Of a DNA stretch of 64,000 bases, positions 18,579-29,174 are shown in pieces. Position 1 is the stretch's first letter; the number at the start of each line of letters is the position of its first letter. Both the position numbers and the translations under genes were made by a program. Source of the stretch: Nitrososphaerota archaeon (GTDB lineage: Archaea; Thermoproteota; Nitrososphaeria_A; Caldarchaeales; Caldarchaeaceae); contig JBEPYN010000001.1 of assembly GCA_041641305.1 (NCBI GenBank), forward strand, positions 512,001 through 576,000. Reading direction: 5' to 3'. The notes beneath the pieces were generated by a model, which saw nothing but the letters and a program-made list of their open reading frames with translations, did not search any database and had not been told where the DNA came from.

Positions 18579-18956
18579 ATGAAGTGTGGTTTGGCTGTTT
18601 TGCTTGTTTTGCTGGCTTTTTTGCCTCTGGCAGCTGCTGAGCCGGGGTTCTTCTTCAGAGTAACCGACTGCGCCACCGGAGAGCCCATTGCCGGGGCGTT
18701 GGCGGCCATCATACGCGGAAGCTATGGCAACGGCGTGTCCACTAACGCAACCGTATACGCATACTTCGATTCACCTTACGGAGAATACACCTATTATATT
18801 TCCATGCAGGGCTACAGGATGGGAGGCGGGGAAGAAGTGAAAAGCATGAAGAAACCCTCCAGATACAGAAATACAGCAGATATTTCACCTCATCGAAGGT
18901 ACGGGCTGAGACATAATAGCTACTTGACAGGTTTTCATTCACGCCATGAAGCCTGA
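18579..18956 (+). pseudogene. Truncated paralog of the N-terminus of the 19786..22290 surface protein
   Basis: RVTDCATGEPIAGA/STNATVYA/YTYYISMQGYR vs RVTDCITGAPIQGA/ITNSTGYA/YSYYVTASGYR; similarity then stops. Confidence 0.6.
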
Positions 18957-19189
18957 GAATTTCAGATTTTCGTGGCCAAACATCCTTATTCCTTGAAATT
19001 TTGCCTCTCTAAGGTTTACGGATAGGGAATCTTCGACTTTAGTCCCTCTCGAAAGATTATATGCTGTTTAGCGGTGGTGTTTACGCTGGTGGGCTGAGTT
19101 TGACCCATCAGCATTGTATATCGGATTTCTTTCCCCGAGAGGGTTTTTGAGAATATTGAGACTCACCCGTCTATGAGGCCACGGGCACG

Positions 19190-19630
19190 ATGAGGCTAAA
19201 GGTGAGCAAAAAGGTCTGGAAAGAGCTTAACATCCCAGATAAGGGTGATTTCAAGGCTGTTGTAAGGGGTAGGATGTTTAAAAGCAGGTATGATACTACG
19301 GCTGGTCTAAGGCTGCGGATACCCAGCCACTATACATACCTGTTTAGGGAAAACGGCTTCATGGAGAATGGGGAAAATAATGGTCAAAGGAGTTTGTTTA
19401 TTGACCTTTGGGTTGAGGACGGTATGCTATGCATGTCATACAAGCCTGACGAGGAATATGACCATTACGAGAATATACCGATTTTTAAAGCACCTAATTA
19501 TGGGAAAGGAGTTGGTTTCTGCGCAAGATGCCAAATAGGATATATTATCGAATTTTCTCCTAAGTGTCCTATTCATGGTATAACTAAGAACAAAACCAAG
19601 AAAAAGAAAAACAACAACATAACTAATTAA
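19190..19630 (+). CDS. Hypothetical protein with C-terminal zinc ribbon
   Basis: 146 aa; CARC...CPIHG. Confidence 0.5.
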   Translation: MRLKVSKKVWKELNIPDKGDFKAVVRGRMFKSRYDTTAGLRLRIPSHYTYLFRENGFMENGENNGQRSLFIDLWVEDGMLCMSYKPDEEYDHYENIPIFKAPNYGKGVGFCARCQIGYIIEFSPKCPIHGITKNKTKKKKNNNITN

Positions 19631-19781
19631 TCATGCGGCGGGCGCCATTGAGTTTAAAGAAGCGTCTGAAGATACCCAGGTTCAGCTCCCTCGCTATGCC
19701 GTAAACCATCCAGGTCAGGACAAGCGTCAAAATGAGCGTGACGAAGACCATCACAAACTCCAAGTCGGTGGACGACGTCAT
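19623..19781 (-). CDS. Small single-TM protein (52 aa, not in ORF track)
   Basis: MTSSTDLEFVMVFVTLILTLVLTWMVYGIARELNLG... starts 4 nt after the upstream stop. Confidence 0.5.
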   Translation of the reverse strand: MTSSTDLEFVMVFVTLILTLVLTWMVYGIARELNLGIFRRFFKLNGARRMIN

Positions 19782-19785
19782 CTTT

Positions 19786-22290
19786 TCACACCATCCCCTT
19801 AGCCCTCTTTCTTCTCTGCCCAGCGGCCCTGCGCAGCCCTATCACCGAGGCCACAGCCACCGCAGCCACAGCTATCGGCATCAGCATGGTTAGGAGATCT
19901 GATGAGGACAAGGCGATGTTTCCCAGCACAAGCGTGACTGGAACCTTTATGACAAACTCCTGCCCATCGGCGAGGAGGTTAACCTGCTGCACGGCCTGCT
20001 TGGTTCCGACAGACGCTTTTAAGACATAGGGGCCGGGTGGGAGCAGAGGGTAGAATGCTTCGGAGCCTGTGAATGTTCCCAGAGAGACATCTCCCCTTGA
20101 AAGTGTGATGGATGCCTCTATGGGTGAACCAAGCTCGTTGACCGCGGCTGCCCTGAGGCCGTAGAGAGGCAGAGTAAACTCGGTTCTGTTCCCCGCTTTG
20201 GCCATGCCCTCGAAAACCGTGAACCCTCTGTAACGTGCGGTGAAGCCGTAGGAGCCGGCGGGTTTCTGGCCTAGCCTCACAACGCCGTCCGCGCCTGTTT
20301 TCTGGGAGCCGAGGCCGGCGGCCTCAACCTCTACACCGCTTATCGGCGCACCGTTTTGGTCATGGAAAAACAGCTCAACCCATCCAGCCTCCACGACAAC
20401 ACTCACTTCTTCAGCGGCCTTCACGGTGCCGTTGAAAACAGCTACGTCATCTAAAAAGATGATAAGCTGATGTGTACCAGCCGGCACTTGGTCAAAGACA
20501 GCCGACCCGTTTACAACAGGCTGCTGCTCCGATGACTGGCCCCGCCACAGCATGGCGGAGGCCTTTATCAAAGGCTGGCCATCGACGCCGAGAACAATTA
20601 GACGCATTTTGTAAACCTCAGCCTCAAGCCTCAGAGTCTCTCCCGGCATCGGCTCAACCACTGTGCCGAGGACTTTGTAGCCGTTCCAAGATGCTTCAAA
20701 CCTGTAGGGCCCGGGTGTGAGGTTGCTTAGGGTTGCTTTGCCGCCGCGAAGTGTGAGAGGTTTGCCCTCAACCGTCAACTCAGCATCTATGAGCCGACCC
20801 TCCTTATCCACCATCTCGACAACAGCGTCAAACACGTTCACCCTCATAACATGTTGTCCATGGTCGCGGGGAAGCGTGAAAACCTGCTCACCAACGTCAA
20901 CGTATCTCTCCCTGTAAAAGTCGTAAGCCTGCACCTGGACAACGTATTCGCCTCGTGGAAGCCTGTCGAAAACGGTTGATGAAATATTTTCAGCTAAACG
21001 GTTCAACGGCTTGAGCATGATTTTGACCGGTATGTTAACTTGTTTGCCCTCTACTGTCTCGAGCCTGACGCCGATGTCGCCGACGTCCACAGTTGCTTGG
21101 AGTTCTCCACCTGGGCTGTTGATTACCAGAGGTTCGGAGACACGTACCTGCGATGCATAGACTTCTACATCCATCCAGCGCACCGAGACGCTGTAATCGC
21201 CCGGCGGCACGTTGACAAACCTCGCTAAACCATTCTCTGAAAAAGCTCTCACACCGTTCAGGAAAACGTCCGTTTCCAAAGGCCTGTTGGCGAGGTCCCT
21301 CACCTCCACATGCACCTCATAGAGGGAAGATCTTAGGAAGGGTTGTTTGACAAGGTCTATGAGTATTGTGTATTGCTGTGAGACGAGGTAGACTTTTTCA
21401 TCGTATGGAGATAGGTATGTGATGCGGGTTAGGTAGGCCCCGTCATTCATTCTCCTGACATCTATGTATCCGTTTTCGTCGGCTTGGTAGGTGAATGAGC
21501 CCTGTATGTTGGGGAGTGTGGGGATGAATTCTACCACCGCTCCTGGCACGGGGTTCTGGCCCCACTTATCCATCACCTGTACCCTGAAGCTTCGGTAGGG
21601 AGTTATCACTACGTAGTCTAGGTCTGTGGAGATGGTCAGCGGCCCTATGCTTCTGCCATCAGCCCCTGTGAAAACCGCTCTGAACCGCAGCTCTGCCTTC
21701 AGCCTGCCCGTGGGGACGTCGGGACGCGGGTTGACGGATATGTTGAAGCTTTGTTCGACAAGCCTGTCCAAGACAGCTCCCCTGGGAACCGTGTATGTTA
21801 TGGCGGGGCCGTCGTATCCAGCCACCCATATCTGAAACTCCGTGATGTTGAACACACCAGCCTCCAAGTTCTTCAATCTGATGATTGCCCAGCCGCTTCC
21901 ACCGGCGTGTATATCTCCCTGCCATGCGAGAACATCGGCCACAACCCGCCAAAAACCAGCGGCCTCGGGAACCAGACACACATTAAACACCTCATCGAGC
22001 GAAAACCTTCTCTCACCGGCGTCTATACGGTAACCCGAGGCTGTCACATAATAGGAGTAAAACCATGCAAAAGCCTCGATAGACGCGTATCCGGTCGAGT
22101 TGGTGATTCCTCCGGTCTGATGGGTTGGGTTGTCGAGGTTGACAGACGCTCCCTGAATAGGTGCCCCTGTTATGCAGTCCGTGACACGGACGTAAACCGT
22201 GCCAAACGGTGTCCCGGGCGGAATAGGTTCAGCAGCATATGCTGAGAAGAGAAGCAGAAAAACACCTGTGATAAGAATCTTTGAGCGCAT
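19786..22290 (-). CDS. Large secreted/surface protein with carboxypeptidase-regulatory (Cna-B-like) repeats
   Basis: Signal peptide, repeated D..G.P..GA.V and PPGxY units, C-terminal TM and basic tail. Confidence 0.75.
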   Translation of the reverse strand: MRSKILITGVFLLLFSAYAAEPIPPGTPFGTVYVRVTDCITGAPIQGASVNLDNPTHQTGGITNSTGYASIEAFAWFYSYYVTASGYRIDAGERRFSLDEVFNVCLVPEAAGFWRVVADVLAWQGDIHAGGSGWAIIRLKNLEAGVFNITEFQIWVAGYDGPAITYTVPRGAVLDRLVEQSFNISVNPRPDVPTGRLKAELRFRAVFTGADGRSIGPLTISTDLDYVVITPYRSFRVQVMDKWGQNPVPGAVVEFIPTLPNIQGSFTYQADENGYIDVRRMNDGAYLTRITYLSPYDEKVYLVSQQYTILIDLVKQPFLRSSLYEVHVEVRDLANRPLETDVFLNGVRAFSENGLARFVNVPPGDYSVSVRWMDVEVYASQVRVSEPLVINSPGGELQATVDVGDIGVRLETVEGKQVNIPVKIMLKPLNRLAENISSTVFDRLPRGEYVVQVQAYDFYRERYVDVGEQVFTLPRDHGQHVMRVNVFDAVVEMVDKEGRLIDAELTVEGKPLTLRGGKATLSNLTPGPYRFEASWNGYKVLGTVVEPMPGETLRLEAEVYKMRLIVLGVDGQPLIKASAMLWRGQSSEQQPVVNGSAVFDQVPAGTHQLIIFLDDVAVFNGTVKAAEEVSVVVEAGWVELFFHDQNGAPISGVEVEAAGLGSQKTGADGVVRLGQKPAGSYGFTARYRGFTVFEGMAKAGNRTEFTLPLYGLRAAAVNELGSPIEASITLSRGDVSLGTFTGSEAFYPLLPPGPYVLKASVGTKQAVQQVNLLADGQEFVIKVPVTLVLGNIALSSSDLLTMLMPIAVAAVAVASVIGLRRAAGQRRKRAKGMV

Positions 22291-22406
22291 TCTATCGAGA
22301 TTCCGCCAACGTCTGCTTATATCTATTTTCTGTGTTTCAGTTCGGCGGCGGTGCGGTGGAGCGACGAGATTATATAGCGATGATTCCGTTGATTGGTAGG
22401 TAGGGT

Positions 22407-22595
22407 TTGGTTTCCGCGAGGAATGTTGTTAGGCTGTTGATTAAGGCCGTGGCTGGGCTGCTTCTCATAGGCTCCGCGATAATTGCCTACAATCTTTCCA
22501 CAACGCCGTTGGCCTCCATACCCGTCATAGGCACTTTAACGATTTTCTTCACCGCCCTCCTCGTCATCGGAGCCGTGCTGATACTTATCTACTGA
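22407..22595 (+). CDS. Small two-TM membrane protein
   Basis: 62 aa hydrophobic ORF after a TATA-like TTATAT, 8 nt upstream of thrC. Confidence 0.55.
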   Translation: MVSARNVVRLLIKAVAGLLLIGSAIIAYNLSTTPLASIPVIGTLTIFFTALLVIGAVLILIY

Positions 22596-22603
22596 CAACG
22601 GCC

Positions 22604-23815
22604 TTGAATCCTCCATACCTAAGATGCATATCATGCGGCGCCGAATGGAGCGGTGACGAAATAATCTACACATGCAGCAGATGCGGCGCTCTTCTCGAGG
22701 TTGTGCTGCCCAGTCTCGAGGAAATGGATGGAAGAAAGGTGGCGGCCAAATGGAGTGGAAGAGAGAGGACGATGTGGCGATACCGTGAGCTGCTTCCCGT
22801 TGACAAGGCTGTTGTCTCCTTGAGGGAGGGCGGCACACCTCTGTACGAGGCCCCTGCTGCCGCGAAATGGGCTGGTGTAAAGAGGCTATACGTCAAGTTT
22901 GAGGGGATGAACCCGACGGGTAGCTTCAAGGACCGCGGCATGAGCGTCGCAGTATCCAAGGCAGTTGAGCTCGGTAAACGTGTAGTGGTATGCGCTTCCA
23001 CCGGGAACACATCATCATCGATGGCGGCTTACGCTGCAGCGGCTGGGCTGAAAGCTGTGGTCGTGGTCCCCAAATCAGGAGTAGCCGCGGGAAAAATTTT
23101 CCAAACAATTCTACACGGCGCGCAGACTGTTCAGATACCTGAAGGGTTTGACAAGGCTTTGAGCACCGTGATCTCGGCGGCCCTAGGCTCCGAGGCTTAT
23201 CTGCTCAACTCAGTCAACCCATGGCGCATCGAGGGACAGAAAACCCTTGCCTACGAGCTTTGGAGCGACCTCGGCGACACCACGTTCCACCTCTCAGTCC
23301 CAGTAGGCAACTGCGGAAACATCTCAGCCATCTGGAAAGGCTTCAAAGAACTACAGACACTCGAGCTGGTAAACAATCCACCGCGTCTGATAGCTGTACA
23401 GGCGGAGGGTGCGTCACCCTTCGTCGACATGATGAAACGAGGTGACAACCTGTTGAGGCCTGTGGAGAAGCCCATGACCATCGCTTCAGCCATCAGGATA
23501 GGCAAGCCCGTCAACTGGACAAAAGCCCTCAAAGCCATGAAGGAGTCTGAGGGGCTCGCGGAAAAGGTTAGCGACCAGCTGATACTCGAGGCTCAGCGTG
23601 TCCTCGCATCATCCGTTGGAGTAGGTGTCGAACCCGCTTCAGCGGCATCTCTCGCAGGCGTTAAGAAGCTTGTAGAGAGCGGCGACCTAGACGCCTCCGA
23701 AACAGTTGTCTGTGTAGCAACTGGACACGCTCTCAAAGACCCGAACCCCGACATAATCGCACCATACCTCATCCGAGAAAACATTCCACTCGAGAAACTT
23801 CTAAAGAGCGTTTAA
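22604..23815 (+). CDS. thrC: Threonine synthase
   Basis: N-terminal Zn ribbon, PLP motif NPTGSFKDRG, CASTGNT, EGQKT. Confidence 0.95.
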   Translation: MNPPYLRCISCGAEWSGDEIIYTCSRCGALLEVVLPSLEEMDGRKVAAKWSGRERTMWRYRELLPVDKAVVSLREGGTPLYEAPAAAKWAGVKRLYVKFEGMNPTGSFKDRGMSVAVSKAVELGKRVVVCASTGNTSSSMAAYAAAAGLKAVVVVPKSGVAAGKIFQTILHGAQTVQIPEGFDKALSTVISAALGSEAYLLNSVNPWRIEGQKTLAYELWSDLGDTTFHLSVPVGNCGNISAIWKGFKELQTLELVNNPPRLIAVQAEGASPFVDMMKRGDNLLRPVEKPMTIASAIRIGKPVNWTKALKAMKESEGLAEKVSDQLILEAQRVLASSVGVGVEPASAASLAGVKKLVESGDLDASETVVCVATGHALKDPNPDIIAPYLIRENIPLEKLLKSV

Positions 23816-23852
23816 ATCCAACTACTCGGACACATCTATACAGGTGGTCTCC

Positions 23853-26732
23853 ATGGCACCTCCTCTCGAGAAAATAGGCAACAACACTTGGCGCATCCCC
23901 CAAACATACCGAAGAGACATGCGCGTCCCCGTCATAGTCTACGCGTCTGAGAAGCTTCTCGAAAAAATGAAAACCGACAGAACGCTTGAGCAGGCAGTTA
24001 ACGTCTCCACACTTCCCGGCATAGTGAAGCAGATGACGGTTCTCCCAGACGCGCATGAAGGATATGGTTTCCCAATAGGCGGCGTCGCAGCCATGGATGC
24101 TACCGAGGGCGTTATCTCACCAGGCGGAGTAGGATATGACATCAACTGCCTCCCTAGTGGAACACCAATACTCACAGAGCTAGGCTATACAAAACCAATA
24201 AAAAAGTTTGAAGGGCTAGAGAGAATTGTCGCCATACACGACGCTAAAGCAACAGATGCTGGGATCGACTTGATATTTAAGAAGGAGGAAAAGAGGCTTC
24301 TTAAGATAACGACAGAGTCTGGATTCACACTAAAAGTTACGACTGATCATCCAATATTAACCAAGAAGGGGATGCTGGAGGCGCATAGGCTTAAGGTAGG
24401 TGATTATGTAGCTCTACATCCATTCGAAGGCCTACCCTACGAAACACCTGCAGAATTTACGATACTAGACGGAAAAACATTACCTACTACAGTTGCAGCC
24501 CAACTCAGGAAACGTGGCCTACTTCCGTTGACTTCCAGAAACCCAAAACTACCTTACCTAATCCGTCTATTGGGATACTTCACGGGAGACGGTGCCTTCG
24601 ACGGGAAGTCAACAGTATTCTACGGAAGTATAGAAGGCCTTAAGTACATACGGCGAGACATAGAGAAGATAGGCTACAAACCATCAAAGATATACACTAG
24701 GAGAAGAAAAACAATCATTGGAGGGAAAACAACCGAAGGTCAGGAAAACTCTGTACGAGTCAACGCAAGGAGCTTTACAGCACTCCTCCAATACCTAGGC
24801 GCTCCAAAGAGGAGGAAAAAAGACACTGAATACCTAGTTCCAAGCTGGCTCTTCAACCTACCCAAATGGATGAAACGACTCTACTTAGCTGGTCTCTTCG
24901 GCGCCGAGCTTAACAAACCCCAAACAATAAACGGGTACAACTTCACCATTCCGCAGCTATCTCTAACCAAGACGATTGAACTTGAAGAAAATGGAAGAAA
25001 ATTCCTAAACGAGATAAGCATGTTGTTACAGGAGATCGGCGTAGAGACAACCGGCATAAACACTGTTATAGAAGGAAATTCAATAAGGTTGCGTTTACTA
25101 ATATCTGAGAAACCTGAGAACCTCAAGACTCTATGGAGCAGAGTAGGATACGAGTATAACCCAGCTAGGAGACGACTAGCGTTAGCCGCGGTGGTATGGA
25201 TAAGTTTGAAGCAGAAAATTGTAGAGGAACGTAGAAAAGCTCAGGAACTAGCAGTAATTCTACATAGCAACGGAGCACAAAAACAGGAGATAATGGAAGC
25301 GTTGAAATCAGAACATGTAAATGGGAGGTTTATAGAACGTTCACTCTACGAAGGTAGAAAAACAGGTCCCAGAGTCCCAAGAAGCCTTCCAGAATTTGAA
25401 AAATGGGTGAAGGAACACATGCATGGCGACATAATATGGGATAGCATTGAGAAGATAGAGGAGATAGAAGCAGAGGAGGAGGTATATGACTTCACAGTAG
25501 ACCATGAAAGCCATAACTTCATCGCCAACGGATTCGTAGTATCCAACTGTGGCGTCCGACTGATGGTGACGAACCTCACCATAGATGAGGTGCGGCCTAG
25601 AATAGTGGAGCTGGTTAACACAGTTTTCAGAAATGTTCCTGCTGGTCTTGGTTCGCGGCGTAAGGATTTCGTTGTCACCCACTCTGACTTGGATAGGGTG
25701 GCTTTGGAGGGCGCCCGCTACGTCATCGAAAAATATGGACTAGGCTGGGCCGACGACTATAAGAAGATGGAGGAGGAGGGCCGCTACCCCAGCTACAAAA
25801 CCGGAAACATCCCCGACCCAGACCCTTCCATAGTCTCGAGAGAAGCCAAAGCACGCGGAGAATCGCAGATAGGAACGCTTGGAAGCGGCAACCACTTCCT
25901 CGAGATACAGCGCGTCGACAAAATCTACGACCCACGAGCAGCCAAAGCCATGGGCATAACACAGGAGGGGCAGATAACGGTGTTGATACACTGTGGAAGC
26001 AGGGGATACGGCCATCAGATATGCAGCGACTTTCTCAGAATCATGGAGAGAGCTGTCAACAAGTATAACCTTAGACTGCCTGACAGGGAGCTGGCCTGCA
26101 CACCAGCCAGCAGCCCCGAAGCAACACAATATCTCAAAGCCTTCGGATGCGCGGTCAACTTCGCCTTCGCCAACAGACAAGCAATAAGCCACTGGGTTAG
26201 GCAGAGCTTTGAACAGGTCTTCAAACGCTCGGCCGACGACATGGGAATGCAGATTGTCTACGATGTCTGCCACAACATCGTCAAACTCGAGAAACACAAG
26301 GTAGACGGAAGCGATATAGACGTCTTCGTCCACCGCAAGGGCGCGACACGCAGCTTCCCAGCAGGCCATCCGCTCATCCCGCAGGTCTACCGCGAAATAG
26401 GACAGCCCGTCCTCATCCCAGGCTCCATGGGCACAGCAAGCTGGGTTCTCCTAGGCAACGAGAAAGCCATGACACTCAGCTTCGGAAGCACAGCCCACGG
26501 CGCGGGAAGAGAGATGAGCAGAAGCGGAGCCAAGAGACGATACCGCGGAGACCAGGTTCTCCGTGAGCTCGAGAGCCGCGGCATCTACGTCAAAGGCGAC
26601 AGCATGGAAACAGTCGTGGAGGAAGTTGACGCCGCATACAAATCAGTCGACGAAGTGGTTGAAGTCAGCCACCAAGTCGGGATAGGGACAAAGGTCGCGA
26701 GACTCGTCCCAATAGGCGTGGTCAAAGGATAA
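23853..26732 (+). CDS. rtcB: RNA-splicing ligase RtcB containing an intein
   Basis: LPDAHEGYGFPIGG, GYDIN-[intein]-CGVRL, GTLGSGNHFLE, HRKGAT, HGAGR. Confidence 0.95.
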   Translation: MAPPLEKIGNNTWRIPQTYRRDMRVPVIVYASEKLLEKMKTDRTLEQAVNVSTLPGIVKQMTVLPDAHEGYGFPIGGVAAMDATEGVISPGGVGYDINCLPSGTPILTELGYTKPIKKFEGLERIVAIHDAKATDAGIDLIFKKEEKRLLKITTESGFTLKVTTDHPILTKKGMLEAHRLKVGDYVALHPFEGLPYETPAEFTILDGKTLPTTVAAQLRKRGLLPLTSRNPKLPYLIRLLGYFTGDGAFDGKSTVFYGSIEGLKYIRRDIEKIGYKPSKIYTRRRKTIIGGKTTEGQENSVRVNARSFTALLQYLGAPKRRKKDTEYLVPSWLFNLPKWMKRLYLAGLFGAELNKPQTINGYNFTIPQLSLTKTIELEENGRKFLNEISMLLQEIGVETTGINTVIEGNSIRLRLLISEKPENLKTLWSRVGYEYNPARRRLALAAVVWISLKQKIVEERRKAQELAVILHSNGAQKQEIMEALKSEHVNGRFIERSLYEGRKTGPRVPRSLPEFEKWVKEHMHGDIIWDSIEKIEEIEAEEEVYDFTVDHESHNFIANGFVVSNCGVRLMVTNLTIDEVRPRIVELVNTVFRNVPAGLGSRRKDFVVTHSDLDRVALEGARYVIEKYGLGWADDYKKMEEEGRYPSYKTGNIPDPDPSIVSREAKARGESQIGTLGSGNHFLEIQRVDKIYDPRAAKAMGITQEGQITVLIHCGSRGYGHQICSDFLRIMERAVNKYNLRLPDRELACTPASSPEATQYLKAFGCAVNFAFANRQAISHWVRQSFEQVFKRSADDMGMQIVYDVCHNIVKLEKHKVDGSDIDVFVHRKGATRSFPAGHPLIPQVYREIGQPVLIPGSMGTASWVLLGNEKAMTLSFGSTAHGAGREMSRSGAKRRYRGDQVLRELESRGIYVKGDSMETVVEEVDAAYKSVDEVVEVSHQVGIGTKVARLVPIGVVKG
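24147..25547 (+). mobile_element. Intein (467 aa) with LAGLIDADG homing endonuclease
   Basis: Starts CLPSG; block B TTDHP; LGYFTGDG and LAGLFGAE; ends HNFIANGFVVSN/C; visibly A-rich versus flanks. Confidence 0.95.
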
Positions 26733-26764
26733 TTATATACAGCGGAGAAGCACATACTAAACAC

Positions 26765-28291
26765 ATGGGTATCTCGCTTAGCAGAATTTTTTCAGACCTC
26801 TACATAGAGGATGAGGATGGCGTACCTGTCTTCGGGAGCTTTGTAGGCGGCTCGTGGCATGTTTCCAAAGATAAGCCATCATTCAACGTCGTCACACCGA
26901 TAGACGGCACGGTTGTTGCCAAAGTTCAGAGGTGCGGAGCAGCCGAGGTTGCGGAGGCTGTTAAGACGGCGAAGGAGAACCAGCACAAAATACGCTCGCT
27001 CGCGGCAATCGACCGCGTCGAGATAATGGAGGAGGCCGCACAGATATTAAAGAACCACGTAGAAGACATCGCCTCAGTCATCACCCATGAAATGGGGAGA
27101 CCCTTGGCTGACTCGCCGGGCGAAGTGAACGCGGTCGTTGAACGGCTTGAGCTCTCAATGGAGGATGCGCGGAAGATAAGCGGCGAATACATTCCCGGCG
27201 ACTGGTCACCTGACACCGTGGGAAAGATAGCGGTTGTTCTCCGTGAACCCGTCGGCGTAGTCGGCGCAATCGGACCCTTCAACTACCCACTTTTCATCCC
27301 AGCAGCCAAGATTATTCCCGCAGTATTGGGCGCGAACTCTGTTGTAGCCAAGCCCGCAAGCGCTACACCAATATCCTTGCTTCTCTTCGCCCGTGTGCTG
27401 CAGCTTGCCGGACTTCCCGACGGTGTGTTGAACGTTGTCACAGGCCCTAGCGAGGTTGGCGCGGCTCTGGCTAGTCACCCCGACGTTGGGATGATAAGCT
27501 TCACGGGAAGCACCGAAGTGGGAAAGGAGATTGCCCGAAACGCGGTCAACAAGAGGCTGCATCTCGAACTGGGTGGAAAAGGCTATGCAATTGTATTGGA
27601 CGATGCTGACATCGATTTGGCTGCGAGGAAATGTGTGGACGGGGCTCTCCGCAACGCGGGCCAGAGATGCGACGCGGTGAGCATGGTTCTTGTCCAAGAA
27701 CAGGTGGCAGACGAATTTGTAGAAAAGGTGTTGCAGAATGTTGAGGCATGGAGGATGGGTGACCCGCGTGACATGTCCACACGGCTAGGCCCACTTGTCA
27801 GCGCCTCCGCAGCGAAAAGAGTGAACACGCTGGTGAAACAGTCTATAGAAAAAGGTGCCAAACTCGCCTACGGCGGAGAAGTGGACAACGCCTACCATCA
27901 GCCAACAGTTTTGACAAACGTCCCCGAGCAAGCGCCCATAGTTTGGGAGGAGACCTTCGGACCCGTTGTGCCAATCATGCCCGTCAAAAGCGACGCCGAC
28001 GCCCTCTCCATCGCATCGCGCTCCCGCTACGGCTTAGACGCAGCGGTCTTCACCAACAACTTCTACAGAATGTGGAAAGTTGCCAAGGCCTTGACAGTCG
28101 GCGAAGTAACGATAAACGATTATCCACGACACGGCGTCGGCTTCTTCCCCTTCGGCGGCGTCAAAGACTCGGGCATAGGACGGGAAGGAATCGGATACAG
28201 CATCGAGGAAATGATGGTCCTCAAAACCATCGTCTTCAACCTCGAGCCCGCAGGACTCGGAAAACTCCGCAGACCACGCCAAACCACCTAA
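26765..28291 (+). CDS. gapN: Non-phosphorylating glyceraldehyde-3-phosphate dehydrogenase (ALDH family)
   Basis: GEYIPGDW, PFNYPL, FTGSTEVG, ELGG, AGQRCDA, PRHGVGFFPFGG. Confidence 0.85.
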   Translation: MGISLSRIFSDLYIEDEDGVPVFGSFVGGSWHVSKDKPSFNVVTPIDGTVVAKVQRCGAAEVAEAVKTAKENQHKIRSLAAIDRVEIMEEAAQILKNHVEDIASVITHEMGRPLADSPGEVNAVVERLELSMEDARKISGEYIPGDWSPDTVGKIAVVLREPVGVVGAIGPFNYPLFIPAAKIIPAVLGANSVVAKPASATPISLLLFARVLQLAGLPDGVLNVVTGPSEVGAALASHPDVGMISFTGSTEVGKEIARNAVNKRLHLELGGKGYAIVLDDADIDLAARKCVDGALRNAGQRCDAVSMVLVQEQVADEFVEKVLQNVEAWRMGDPRDMSTRLGPLVSASAAKRVNTLVKQSIEKGAKLAYGGEVDNAYHQPTVLTNVPEQAPIVWEETFGPVVPIMPVKSDADALSIASRSRYGLDAAVFTNNFYRMWKVAKALTVGEVTINDYPRHGVGFFPFGGVKDSGIGREGIGYSIEEMMVLKTIVFNLEPAGLGKLRRPRQTT

Positions 28292-28375
28292 ACCCTACAA
28301 AGATTTGCCCCATAATTTGGAAGCCATAGCGCTGCACTTATAAGGAACTTCGATTACTTACCAAACAGGATAGAA

Positions 28376-28483
28376 ATGGAGAAAATCAGAATTGTTTCGT
28401 TAAGTGAAGAAGAGTTGAGGCGGTTTGTTCATAGAGAAATAAGTGAACATAAGAAAATTTTCGATGAGCTTGCTAAGCTTTGA
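28376..28483 (+). CDS. 35-aa putative antitoxin of Doc (not in ORF track)
   Basis: MEKIRIVSLSEEELRRFVHREISEHKKIFDELAKL; stop overlaps the Doc start (TTGA). Confidence 0.6.
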   Translation: MEKIRIVSLSEEELRRFVHREISEHKKIFDELAKL

Positions 28484-28971
28484 AGAGAGGCCCATATATC
28501 ACGCCATCTATTGAAAACGTACTCTTCCTACATCGACTAGTTGAGGAATATGGTGCTGAGAGAGGGTTTTCAAAAAGTTTAGTCGAGGCATGTCTTAACT
28601 TTCCATTCACAGAAACTTATCGACACACACCTTACAAAGACGTTTTTGCCAAGGCTGCAGCCCTGTTATACGCGGTGATAAGCTTCCATCCCTTCGTTGA
28701 TGGAAATAAACGAACCGCATTGCTGGTAACCTCTCCTTTTTTGGCGTTGAATGGTTATCAATTCAGATACCCAAGCGATACTGTTGAAAAGACAATAGCA
28801 ATAGCTGAGGGAAAAATAGACATTCCTGCCATAGCCAACTGGCTTAAGTCCAACTGTGTAAAACGAAGAAAAAATACGATCTTTTACATAGAGATAGGCA
28901 AAGATTATCCACGGCCTCAAATTGATCTAAAACACCTATTGAAGCGTAAGAGCGGCAAAAACAAAATTTGA
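28480..28971 (+). CDS. doc: Fic/Doc family toxin
   Basis: HPFVDGNKRTA motif. Confidence 0.9.
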   Translation: MKRGPYITPSIENVLFLHRLVEEYGAERGFSKSLVEACLNFPFTETYRHTPYKDVFAKAAALLYAVISFHPFVDGNKRTALLVTSPFLALNGYQFRYPSDTVEKTIAIAEGKIDIPAIANWLKSNCVKRRKNTIFYIEIGKDYPRPQIDLKHLLKRKSGKNKI

Positions 28972-29174
28972 AAAAGGATACAACAAGTTGGTACGTTTTG
29001 ACTTTTTCGAGGCTAGAGAAGATGTAGCCCGTATTTTCAGCCTATACCTAACAGTTCTAGCAGTGGTTCGGTAAAACCTGCCATAGGCTTAAATGTAGCT
29101 TTTGGTTTTTTAGCTACGGGGGTGCCGGCCCAGCGAACCCGCGCCTCCACAGCAAGCCGGTGTAACCTGCCCAT

